From: an uncultured Candidatus Saccharibacteria bacterium
GTDB lineage: Bacteria; Patescibacteriota; Dojkabacteria; CAZCSM01
Assembly: GCA_964501355.1 (NCBI GenBank)
Contig: CAZCSM010000011.1
Span: forward strand, 1 to 32,000
Direction of reading: 5' to 3'
Length of the DNA: 32,000 nt
Made by a program: the position numbers and the translations under genes. The notes below the pieces were generated by a model. It was not told where the DNA came from, did not search any database, and saw only the letters and a list, made by a program, of their open reading frames with translations. This document shows, piece after piece, positions 23,957-32,000 of the stretch (positions within the stretch are counted from its first letter, which is position 1; every line of letters begins with the position of its first letter).

Positions 23957-24276
23957 GGCGTAATTACTTTGGAATGTGTCACCAAAGGATGCCGCAAGGT
24001 GAAAATGTAGGAACATGCCACTTGTAGTGAGTTAGTCGAATCTATGGCATGTTCAGAAAATTAACCAAGCCGGGAGTTCCCGTTACAGAACAAGAGTATG
24101 TTACTCGAAAAAGCAAAAGGTTAACGGAGTCCTTCCGAAGCCTTGGCGAAGGAGGAAAGTACTTGAAAAGGAATAACTAGTGATAGTTTATTCAAAGCAA
24201 GGTGGTACCGCCACACAATTGAAATTGTAGGCCCTTGCGTGTTTGTTTGAAGAAACAGATACGCAAGGGCTTTTTG
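23957..24276 (+). promoter_or_regulatory. T-box riboswitch leader controlling valS
   Basis: F-box CCGTTA (24080-24085). T-box sequence AAGGTGGTACCGCC (24199-24212). Antiterminator helix A1 GCAAGG (24197-24202)/CCTTGC (24233-24238) with 7-nt bulge TGGTACC. The competing terminator is at 24231-24276. Lies directly upstream of an aminoacyl-tRNA synthetase gene. Confidence 0.85.
24231..24276 (+). terminator. T-box terminator hairpin
   Basis: GCCCTTGCGT (24231-24240) pairs with ACGCAAGGGC (24261-24270), followed by TTTTT. Confidence 0.85.
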
Positions 24277-24334
24277 TATTGTTTAGAAGTTAATCAAAAT
24301 ACTTTAGAATAAGATAAATTAGTAAATAAAAATC

Positions 24335-26659
24335 ATGGACGAACAAAAAACACACATCGGTGACAGGATACCAAAAGGATATAATCCTACGGAAGTAGAG
24401 GAAAAGATTTATAAAATGTGGGATGAATCCGGATATTTCAACCCGGATAAAATGATTGCAGAGTATGCGGAAAAGGGAATTGACTGTCCAAAACCGTTTG
24501 TTATTCCACTTCCTCCACCAAATGCAAATGACAACCTTCATCTTGGACATGTATCCGGATACACCTATCAGGATTTGATGGGAAGATACAATCGAATGAA
24601 AGGTCGTCCTACCCTACTTTTACCGGGAAAGGATCATGCAGGAATTCAAACAGAAGTTGTTTTTGAAAAATATTTAGAGAAGAAAGAAAGTATTCGAAAA
24701 AGAGACTTGGGACGTGAGGAATTCTATAAAAGATGTTTCGACTTCTGCATGATGAATGCGGAAAATGCGAGAAAACAGGAGAAAGCAATCGGACTTTCTG
24801 CCGATTATACCAGAGAGAAATTCACACTTGATGAAGATCTGACGAAAACCGTTATGGAGACATTTGAGAAAATGTTTAATGAAGGACTGGTTTACAGAGG
24901 CTCAAGAATTATTAACTGGTGTACAAGATGTCAGACGGCTCTTGCTGACATTGATACAGAGCATGAAGATAAAGAAGGTATCTTCGCCTACATTAAATAC
25001 CCGATTAAAAATTCTGATAAATTTATTGAGGTTGCAACGACACGTCCTGAAACAATGCTTGGAGATACAGCCGTCGCCGTTGATCCGAAAGATGAAAGAT
25101 ACAAAGATCTTGTCGGGAAGATGTGTATTGTTCCATTTGCTAATCGAGAAATTCCAATTATTGCAGATTATCGAGTTGATATGGAGTTTGGAACTGGTGC
25201 GGTAAAAGTTACGCCTGCACACTCTCCGGTTGATTATCAAATTGGAAAAGATCACGGCTTGGAAGAAATATCTGTTATCGACAGATACGGCAGAATGACT
25301 GAAGAAGCCGGTGCTCCATACACAGGAATGAAGATTAAAGAATGTAGAGAACAACTTCTAATCGACCTTGAAAAAGAAGGTCTGTTAATCAAAGTCGAGC
25401 CATTCATGCATGCGGTTACCATTTGTGAACGATGCAAAAAAGATATTGAACCACTTATTCAAAATCAATGGTTCGTAGATGTTCAGAAAATTAAACAACC
25501 TGCAATTGATGCGGTAAAGAATGGAGAAACAAAAATCTATCCAGAAAGTAAAGAGAAGGTTTACATGAACTGGATGGAGAATCTACAAGATTGGTGTATC
25601 TCGAGACAATTGTGGTGGGGACATAGAATTCCTGTTTGGTATTGTGGTGGAAGAGATATGTATGATACAAAACTAGAAAATGCAGAGGCAACAGGAGACG
25701 GTTGTGGCCATGCTTTTGTTCAATACGAAGGAACACCTACAGAATGTCCAGAATGCAAAGGAAAGAATATAGAACAAGATCCGGACGTTTTCGATACATG
25801 GTTCTCATCGGGACAATGGCCGTTCTCAACACTTGGCGGTCTTGAAGGAGAAGATTTTGCTAAGTTCTATCCCGGGGATGTTTTAGAAACAGGTGGAGAT
25901 ATTCTAACATTCTGGGTTGCTCGAATGATGCTCATGGGAACATATCGAACCGGCAAAGCTCCTTTTCATTCGGTTTATCTGCATGGGTTAGTTACGGATA
26001 AAAATGGACAGAAGATGAGCAAGTCAAAAGGAAATGGTATTGATCCGACAGAAATGAGAGAAAAATACGGAACAGATGCACTTCGATTCTCATTTGTTTT
26101 CGGTAATGCGCCAGGACAGAACTACAGATTGTATGAGGAAAAGATAAAAAGCTTCCGAAACTTCATCAACAAGATCTGGAATGGATCAAGATTCGCAATG
26201 ATGCAATTCGGTTTGTTGTCTGAAGAAGAAATTAAAGAGATTGTATCGCTATCAGAGACTATCTCAGATACAGACAGATTGAAAGCTCTAAACAGCCACA
26301 TTTCTGAAACATCAAGACTAATTGATGAATACCGTTTTGGAATTGCTGCAGAAACCCTTTATGACTTCTGGTGGCACACATTCTGTGATCAGTACATTGA
26401 AGAGATTAAAACAGAAATCAATACTTTAAGCGAAGGAAATGGCGACAGTGTCATCCCGGACTCCGATCCGGGATCCCGTAATCAAAAGCAACTCACTTTG
26501 CTCGCAGAACTATTGAAGCTGCTTACAACACAATTGAAGCTACTCCACCCATTCACCCCATTTGTTACCGAAGAGATCTGGCAGGTACTAAAGGGAATGG
26601 AACTACTTGATGACAAGGCGGATATGCTGATGATGAGTAAGTGGCCAAAGGTAATCTAA
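24335..26659 (+). CDS. valS: Valine--tRNA ligase, short form
   Basis: PPPNANDNLHLGH (HIGH region), PGKDHAGIQTE, TTRPETMLGDTAVAVDPKDERY and KMSKSKGN. 774 aa with no long C-terminal coiled coil. Confidence 0.92.
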   Translation: MDEQKTHIGDRIPKGYNPTEVEEKIYKMWDESGYFNPDKMIAEYAEKGIDCPKPFVIPLPPPNANDNLHLGHVSGYTYQDLMGRYNRMKGRPTLLLPGKDHAGIQTEVVFEKYLEKKESIRKRDLGREEFYKRCFDFCMMNAENARKQEKAIGLSADYTREKFTLDEDLTKTVMETFEKMFNEGLVYRGSRIINWCTRCQTALADIDTEHEDKEGIFAYIKYPIKNSDKFIEVATTRPETMLGDTAVAVDPKDERYKDLVGKMCIVPFANREIPIIADYRVDMEFGTGAVKVTPAHSPVDYQIGKDHGLEEISVIDRYGRMTEEAGAPYTGMKIKECREQLLIDLEKEGLLIKVEPFMHAVTICERCKKDIEPLIQNQWFVDVQKIKQPAIDAVKNGETKIYPESKEKVYMNWMENLQDWCISRQLWWGHRIPVWYCGGRDMYDTKLENAEATGDGCGHAFVQYEGTPTECPECKGKNIEQDPDVFDTWFSSGQWPFSTLGGLEGEDFAKFYPGDVLETGGDILTFWVARMMLMGTYRTGKAPFHSVYLHGLVTDKNGQKMSKSKGNGIDPTEMREKYGTDALRFSFVFGNAPGQNYRLYEEKIKSFRNFINKIWNGSRFAMMQFGLLSEEEIKEIVSLSETISDTDRLKALNSHISETSRLIDEYRFGIAAETLYDFWWHTFCDQYIEEIKTEINTLSEGNGDSVIPDSDPGSRNQKQLTLLAELLKLLTTQLKLLHPFTPFVTEEIWQVLKGMELLDDKADMLMMSKWPKVI
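26448..26477 (+). repeat. GC-rich palindromic element inserted in frame within valS
   Basis: GTGTCATCCCGGA-CTCCGA-TCCGGGATCCC. 8-bp stem at 26453-26460/26467-26474. It encodes SVIPDSDPGS and has the same GTCAT...ATC flanks and ACTCCG loop as 19317-19347. Confidence 0.75.
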
Positions 26660-26674
26660 GATTACTATTAATTT

Positions 26675-26705
26675 AAGAGAACCTCTTACAAGAGGTTCTC
26701 TTTTG
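26675..26705. terminator. Terminator hairpin between convergent valS and the minus-strand operon
   Basis: 12-bp stem AAGAGAACCTCT/AGAGGTTCTCTT with loop TACA. There is a T run on the + side; the minus-direction tail is weaker. Confidence 0.75.
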
Positions 26706-26709
26706 TTAA

Positions 26710-27180
26710 CTATTCATTGAGAAATACTAGATTGGGACTAGAGGTTAAGCAGCCTTGCTTTCGAACAAAATCATATGCGGCCGCACCTTTTTTGGCAGTA
26801 ATTTCTCCATAGATTTCAACGTAGACGATTCCGTCTTTTTCGTAAACTTGAAAATCTTTATTGATTGTTGATTGCTCTAAAGAACAATCGGGCTGTACAT
26901 TTAAATCCTCTTCAGCATAATCATCTATTTCAATCACTTCAGTAACTTCAGATGAAGATGTTTCGATACAATTCAGACAGGTCTCTTCGCTTGCAGAAGT
27001 ACCGAGACTTTCTCCGGAATTTACTTCCTGTTCGCTTTCAATGTAAGTTTGAATATTTTCGACAGAAGAGCTCACCTCTGACACCTTGGGAGGAAATAAT
27101 GCAACCGGAGAGAAGAGAAATAGTACAGATATAACTGTAAACAAGAGAAAAACTTTTAGAGCTTTTAACCAAATCTTCAT
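26710..27180 (-). CDS. Small secreted or anchored hypothetical protein (last gene of the glycosidase operon)
   Basis: N-terminal hydrophobic segment (VFLLFTVISVLFLFSPVALF), an acidic Ser/Glu-rich linker, and a C-terminal globular part of about 60 aa containing cysteines. 23-nt gap from the upstream gene. Confidence 0.6.
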   Translation of the reverse strand: MKIWLKALKVFLLFTVISVLFLFSPVALFPPKVSEVSSSVENIQTYIESEQEVNSGESLGTSASEETCLNCIETSSSEVTEVIEIDDYAEEDLNVQPDCSLEQSTINKDFQVYEKDGIVYVEIYGEITAKKGAAAYDFVRKQGCLTSSPNLVFLNE

Positions 27181-27203
27181 AAATAGCCCTTATAATCAAT
27201 CTA

Positions 27204-27965
27204 TTATTGTTCCGTTTTTTCAAGAGAACTCACAACCTCTTTTAGGACCTGTTTATACAGGTCCCATTTTTGCAGGGCTTCAAATGTTGTAAATTTATAC
27301 GATATTACCACGCCACTCGAAGCGACAGGATAATCCTCTTTAACAGATTGAAAAACATTCAACGATGAGTGTAACCCTTCTCCAAATTCTTCCGAAGAGT
27401 ATCTTTGATAAACATAATAGTCTTTATTCAACTGAATAGAACCGGATTCTAAACGAAATTCTTTTGTATCATATGAAGTCGCCCCCGTTTTGCTTACATA
27501 TAGAGAAGCACCATCTGTAATCGAAAGAATCTCAAAATCATCCATCAAGTAATCGTCTGCGACAAGCCTCATGCCATCACCAATTATTGCATCGTCATCA
27601 AATGCAGCAAGTGCTTGATCAGAGAGTCGTTCATATGTCACATTATACTCAAACCCTCCGTCGTCAGATTCACTTAGGAAATATTCATATTCACGAGTAT
27701 CATCGGAGTAATCCTCCTGAACTGCAGTCCAAGTACTTGGGTACTCTACTTTAACATTGTAGGAAGGGTCCTCTGTTGCCTTATACAAGCCGTCTTCTTT
27801 TCCATCAAGAAGCTTCTGCTCTTCTTCCGTATAGTCGACCTTTGATTCCGGCTCATCTTCAGGAATCTCTGGGCTTCTATTAATAACGGAGACAATTATC
27901 AATCCAAAAATTAATACAACACCAACTATCAATAGTATTCTTTTGTTATTTTTTATAAATTCCAT
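27204..27965 (-). CDS. Membrane-anchored extracytoplasmic hypothetical protein (possibly a PsbP/DcrB-like fold)
   Basis: N-terminal TM (ILLIVGVVLIFGLIIVSVI), acidic linker, and a beta-rich body with a YPSTWTAVQ-type motif. Starts 13 nt after the giant glycosidase stop. The fold call is weak. Confidence 0.6.
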   Translation of the reverse strand: MEFIKNNKRILLIVGVVLIFGLIIVSVINRSPEIPEDEPESKVDYTEEEQKLLDGKEDGLYKATEDPSYNVKVEYPSTWTAVQEDYSDDTREYEYFLSESDDGGFEYNVTYERLSDQALAAFDDDAIIGDGMRLVADDYLMDDFEILSITDGASLYVSKTGATSYDTKEFRLESGSIQLNKDYYVYQRYSSEEFGEGLHSSLNVFQSVKEDYPVASSGVVISYKFTTFEALQKWDLYKQVLKEVVSSLEKTEQ

Positions 27966-27978
27966 GGTTTATTAGTTT

Positions 27979-30900
27979 TTAATTGAGGGTATATGTATCA
28001 TAATCCTCCATAACAGTACCATGTCGATAACTGTAAGCAATTCCGGCAACATGCTCACCAACCGTCTCATAGTCATTACAGTCAGATCTTGAACAGACAT
28101 GTGTAGTATCTCCATTAATTATCTTTCGAGAATCAATATATGCTTCTACAGAATCGGAATAACTAGGTTTTAATGCAGCACCTGTAAAGGAGCCAGCTTG
28201 CATTCCAAAGGTAATTATTTCTGCAGCAGCATCCGGATCCATCGCTAATTCAGGATGAGTCAACAAAGACAATCCAAGGTGATCCCCCATTCTCTGATAA
28301 TTTCCTTTCCATGTAAGCTGTACATATCCTCTACCATAATAACACTTGTTCGTTATTGGATCGCAAGTTCCATATGACTGTTGAAAATCTGCTGTACAGC
28401 CACAAGGATCCTGAGCATCAGATTTGCAACGAGATTCATCATAATCTCTATCACAACAGCCGTACTCTTCCTTTGGCTGAACACTAGATTCAAAATTTGC
28501 AGTTGCCAGAACGTAAGCGCATTGATCTTGCCCCAACCCGTGCTTATTACAATATTTCATAATTGATATTTCATTATCGGTAGGAGTGCGATTATATCCT
28601 TCCGGAGCAGCTTCGCCCGGATCTTTCGGCGTTGTAGAGCCTCCACCTGTTTCAATTTTCACGCCATCTCTTATATAGGCAATTTCCTCAACGGAATATT
28701 CTGCAGGAGCTATGAAATTAGCAAAGCTCTTTGCGTACTTCTCCGGTAAATTCTGAATGATATAGATATCAAGCGCAGAGTAAACTTTATTGTAAGGGTG
28801 ATTAACCTCAGAATCTGTTCTGTCCATGCACATAGGTGCTTCAGATGTATCATCAGGACTTTTCGAACTTCCCGTTTCAAGTCTTTGTGCAATATATGGC
28901 ATTGCACCAAGTCCCGGCATATAGAATGTCATCTCTTCTGTGAAAAGCAAGCTGCTCTCACCCTCACTTCCAACCTGTAACTCACACACTTGTTGAGGAG
29001 GATTATAGAAACGACATTCATCACCACCACCAGAACGTGGAGGAGCTTCTGGAATCTCAACATTTTCAGTAATTGCAGAACCCGATGGGATAAGACATAC
29101 GTTATCCCAATAATCATCTGTATTATTGGCAGCATATGCTGCAGAACTTCGAAGAATAACTGTAACAGTACCTCCTCGACTTTTCACTGTTTCTGAATAC
29201 CATTCGTTCAAGAATGCAGCACTATTAATCTTTTTACAGGAACCATCTTTTCTAACGGTATCCATCATGTCATCATAGTCTTGCATTGGGATTTCTTGTT
29301 TATCCCCAATCAGGTCATGAATATTTCCATAATAAAGGCATATTTCTGCCTCAGACTCTCCAACCCAACCAATATCGGACTGAACACAACCTGAAGAGTT
29401 TCGAAATTCGCCATCACCCTCATCTGTATTTCGCCAACCTTGGAAATAACCCGATAGGGAATAACCTGGAGGCACATTATCTACAACCTGATATGCGATT
29501 ACATCATGTTTATTTTGCCAAGTGAACCACTTGCTTGCCAATCTTCCATCAAGGACCCTCCGTTGATCATTCACTCCATATATTGGCTGGAATTCAGGCG
29601 CTTTACAATATTCCAGATTCTCACCATTTGTTCCAGCACAACTCGGCGATTGATCACCTGGGTCACCAGGACTATAATTTTTCTTCCAGATGAATGTCCA
29701 TCCAGGAGCAGCAGCACCATCGGCTGTACCGCCCGGGGCCCCACCCCAGGCTGCCTCAAAACTACCATTCTGTAATAGGTTTTGAGGACCAATACCGGTA
29801 CCGCCATGGTCACATGTATCATAGGATTGACCGGTTGCTGTTCCATATTTGTCATACCAGGACACATCAACGGTAACTTCAGCACCATATAGCTCGTTAT
29901 CAGGGGTATCACAAACCGTACCACGTGCATTTATCACATCCCAAACTCTATATTGTGCCATAATTGGAACAAATGGGGCATAAAGCTCAAGCTCAGCCAA
30001 ATCATTTTGCTGAACTCCAGCAATTTTCATCTTTGTTTTTCCATTACCTCGACATCTTGAAGCTAACGCTCCAATTGTCTTAACAGCTTCTTCAGCTTTT
30101 GATTGAGCATCTTTATATCCAGAACATTTCGATGTATCGGAAGGTTGACATAAAGGATCACTTGGAGGAAGAGTACCGTCTGTACAGTCTAAAAGTATAG
30201 GAGTGGTCCTACCACAATTAGAATTAACAGCACTTTGATACCATGGAAGAATCCTATTATTATAATCCTCAACTAACTCCTCTAAAGCGGCACAACTACC
30301 ATCATAATCAAAGTCACCAATCTCCACACCGGCTTCACCAGAAGCTTTTGCCCTAGTATAGGCCTTACCCATTGTTAATCCACCTGGTACACTTGTAAAA
30401 GCAGGATTAGAATCAACGCCATCATCCAACCACCCCAATATTCCAAGCCAAAACTTTGCCCATTTGGATTCTAAAAAGGACGGGAAATACGTTAATGATG
30501 CAGATTGATCGTCAAATGTTCCCGTAAACGCACTACCCTCCTCATCTTGAAAATCAGGAGCTTGCATCCAGTTGGCATAAATATTATATGGATCCTCAGC
30601 CGAAACGGTCCCGAGTGCTGTACCCAAAGGGAAGTACACATAATCTCTTTTGCTTATTGTTTGGTGAAACAGATGATCCGCATACATGGTACGTGAATCA
30701 AAATCCGTCCCCCAACCACACTGATCCATTCCATAATTGTCATTGGTTTGAAATGGCCAATATTCTTTAGGTATTCCTAATGCGGCAGCGGCCTGGTTAT
30801 GTGAATTTTGATTCATACAACCTTCATCCATCCAGCTTTCTACTCGAGGAGTTGCCTTGTGATAATACCTACCATCCGCAGGATAACCAGCAATCACATT

Positions 30901-32000
30901 ATAATTGACATCCCACGCCAAGGTTTTGTCTGTTGCAGCTGCGGTAGACATATTTCCCACATCAGTATTATTCTCTATATTGAGATTTTGTAAGAATGCT
31001 GTTGTAGAAACATCCTTAACTGTCATCAAAGCATATGCACCGCCGATACCATCTTCAAGTTGTATTTCTCCTGTACCGGAATATTCCTGAGGTTTCGGAA
31101 TCAGCGGAGTTAAGACATCAGAAATACAACGAGCACCAGTTGAAGCCCCGCCACCTGCTGAAGCCATTGGCTCATACTCCGATCGATCAACTATTGTACA
31201 AGAAGAAAAGTCTGTGTAACGAATTTCCATATGAGCCCATTCTGAACAGGTGCTAACACGCTCATCTGTAACAACAGCAGCATCTTCTTTTGTAAAAGAA
31301 AAATTACCATACCCCGTTCCATCAATTGTGTTCATACTACACCCACCACCATTAGCAGAGTTCCAACAAGGATCTGGATTATTACCAGCTGCATTAAAAA
31401 AGTTCACTGCAGCTACGCCTGTATCACCGCAATAAATATCCCAATAGTCATTCATGAACTGTCCTGCTGTCATACCAGTCCCTTGCACCGGAACGTCTTC
31501 ATGAGGCCCAGTTTCAATGATGTACACAGGTAAACTATAACCAAATGCACCCAGTTCATCTTTATACAATGTTGAAGAAAGCCCCGCAACAGGATAAGGA
31601 TTAGAGGCATGGCCATCTATCTTTCCCTTCCAATTAGCAGTATTCCCCATTTGTGCAATAAAATCTGTCCAACAAACGTAAGCGTCATTACCAGGGCACG
31701 GAGCAGAAGTATTCAATGGTGATCCAATAATTTTGGCGTCAGGACCAACACCAGGACGAATCGCATCTGCTGTATCGGCTAAGTACTTAGCATAGTAAGA
31801 ACCAGAGTTTGGAAACCCTTCAGAAAACTCAAATTTAAAATTGACCTCGTTCCCGATAGAGATTACTAATTTACCATCATTACCCCCAATCTGGCTGAAG
31901 AAAGTCCCCCACTCAGCCGCAGAAGGCCCGGCATCTAAACGTAGAATTGGTGTCAAGCAATATTGTTTTGCAGAATCAATGAATGATTTAGTGGCATCCA
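27979..32000 (-). CDS. Giant multidomain glycosidase (5' end outside window): clan-A-like TIM-barrel motifs, CBM4/9-like module, C-terminal GH19 chitinase/lysozyme domain
   Basis: The frame stays open to the window edge (upstream of the TTG at 31956 it reads ..DATKSFIDSAKQYC). SIGNEVNF and YIIETGP lie about 112 aa apart, fitting clan GH-A acid/base and nucleophile motifs. NGSFE...DDYWDNVCL (about 29089-29784) looks like CBM4/9. The last 198 aa (27982-28575) align by eye to GH19: LATANFES, PKEEYGCC, CYYGRGYVQLTWKGNY, LLTHPELAMDPDAAAEII, KIINGD. Confidence 0.8.
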   Translation of the reverse strand, partial: DATKSFIDSAKQYCLTPILRLDAGPSAAEWGTFFSQIGGNDGKLVISIGNEVNFKFEFSEGFPNSGSYYAKYLADTADAIRPGVGPDAKIIGSPLNTSAPCPGNDAYVCWTDFIAQMGNTANWKGKIDGHASNPYPVAGLSSTLYKDELGAFGYSLPVYIIETGPHEDVPVQGTGMTAGQFMNDYWDIYCGDTGVAAVNFFNAAGNNPDPCWNSANGGGCSMNTIDGTGYGNFSFTKEDAAVVTDERVSTCSEWAHMEIRYTDFSSCTIVDRSEYEPMASAGGGASTGARCISDVLTPLIPKPQEYSGTGEIQLEDGIGGAYALMTVKDVSTTAFLQNLNIENNTDVGNMSTAAATDKTLAWDVNYNVIAGYPADGRYYHKATPRVESWMDEGCMNQNSHNQAAAALGIPKEYWPFQTNDNYGMDQCGWGTDFDSRTMYADHLFHQTISKRDYVYFPLGTALGTVSAEDPYNIYANWMQAPDFQDEEGSAFTGTFDDQSASLTYFPSFLESKWAKFWLGILGWLDDGVDSNPAFTSVPGGLTMGKAYTRAKASGEAGVEIGDFDYDGSCAALEELVEDYNNRILPWYQSAVNSNCGRTTPILLDCTDGTLPPSDPLCQPSDTSKCSGYKDAQSKAEEAVKTIGALASRCRGNGKTKMKIAGVQQNDLAELELYAPFVPIMAQYRVWDVINARGTVCDTPDNELYGAEVTVDVSWYDKYGTATGQSYDTCDHGGTGIGPQNLLQNGSFEAAWGGAPGGTADGAAAPGWTFIWKKNYSPGDPGDQSPSCAGTNGENLEYCKAPEFQPIYGVNDQRRVLDGRLASKWFTWQNKHDVIAYQVVDNVPPGYSLSGYFQGWRNTDEGDGEFRNSSGCVQSDIGWVGESEAEICLYYGNIHDLIGDKQEIPMQDYDDMMDTVRKDGSCKKINSAAFLNEWYSETVKSRGGTVTVILRSSAAYAANNTDDYWDNVCLIPSGSAITENVEIPEAPPRSGGGDECRFYNPPQQVCELQVGSEGESSLLFTEEMTFYMPGLGAMPYIAQRLETGSSKSPDDTSEAPMCMDRTDSEVNHPYNKVYSALDIYIIQNLPEKYAKSFANFIAPAEYSVEEIAYIRDGVKIETGGGSTTPKDPGEAAPEGYNRTPTDNEISIMKYCNKHGLGQDQCAYVLATANFESSVQPKEEYGCCDRDYDESRCKSDAQDPCGCTADFQQSYGTCDPITNKCYYGRGYVQLTWKGNYQRMGDHLGLSLLTHPELAMDPDAAAEIITFGMQAGSFTGAALKPSYSDSVEAYIDSRKIINGDTTHVCSRSDCNDYETVGEHVAGIAYSYRHGTVMEDYDTYTLN

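Noticed and set aside
24290-24550. 86-aa minus-strand ORF overlapping the valS start.
   Set aside because: It lies antisense to the valS N-terminus and to the sequence just downstream of the T-box terminator, is a hydrophobic low-complexity shadow frame, and has no signals of its own.

Overview
AT-rich bacterial chromosomal segment. Shortened aminoacyl-tRNA synthetases, many membrane-anchored hypothetical proteins and very large surface proteins suggest a small-genome Patescibacteria/CPR-like organism (inference only, no search was run). Standard genetic code: long ORFs end at TAA/TAG/TGA, and the murJ TGA stop overlaps the next ATG.

I support 21 protein-coding genes.
- Housekeeping: alaS-ruvX-mltG array, holA, murJ, valS preceded by a T-box leader, and a SAM methyltransferase.
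- Envelope set: a sortase, an M48-type metalloprotease, DUF3006, an orphan solute-binding lipoprotein, a 1135-aa PKD/cadherin-like protein, a 738-aa six-bladed NHL propeller ending in LPQTG, a small FN3 protein, and a 1188-aa Cys-rich/DUF11 protein ending in APETG.
- A convergent minus-strand operon: a giant glycosidase of more than 1340 aa, truncated by the window end (clan-A-like TIM-barrel motifs, CBM4/9-like module, C-terminal GH19 chitinase/lysozyme domain), followed by two small anchored proteins.

No rRNA, tRNA, CRISPR array, transposase or reverse transcriptase was seen.

Most unusual signals:
1. A family of about 135-nt structured intergenic repeats. Four copies, all in + orientation, have two helices maintained by compensatory substitutions. 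I do not recognise the family.
2. A small gene with two potential phase-variation switches: (GTAA)6 fills the spacer of a TTGACA/TAAAAT promoter, and an A9 tract splits the reading frame.
3. A family of GC-rich hairpins, one copy inserted in frame inside valS.
4. A T-box with no valine codon at the canonical Stem I position.
5. The giant GH19-tipped glycosidase operon.

All product calls rest on motif recognition by eye, and start codons are approximate.
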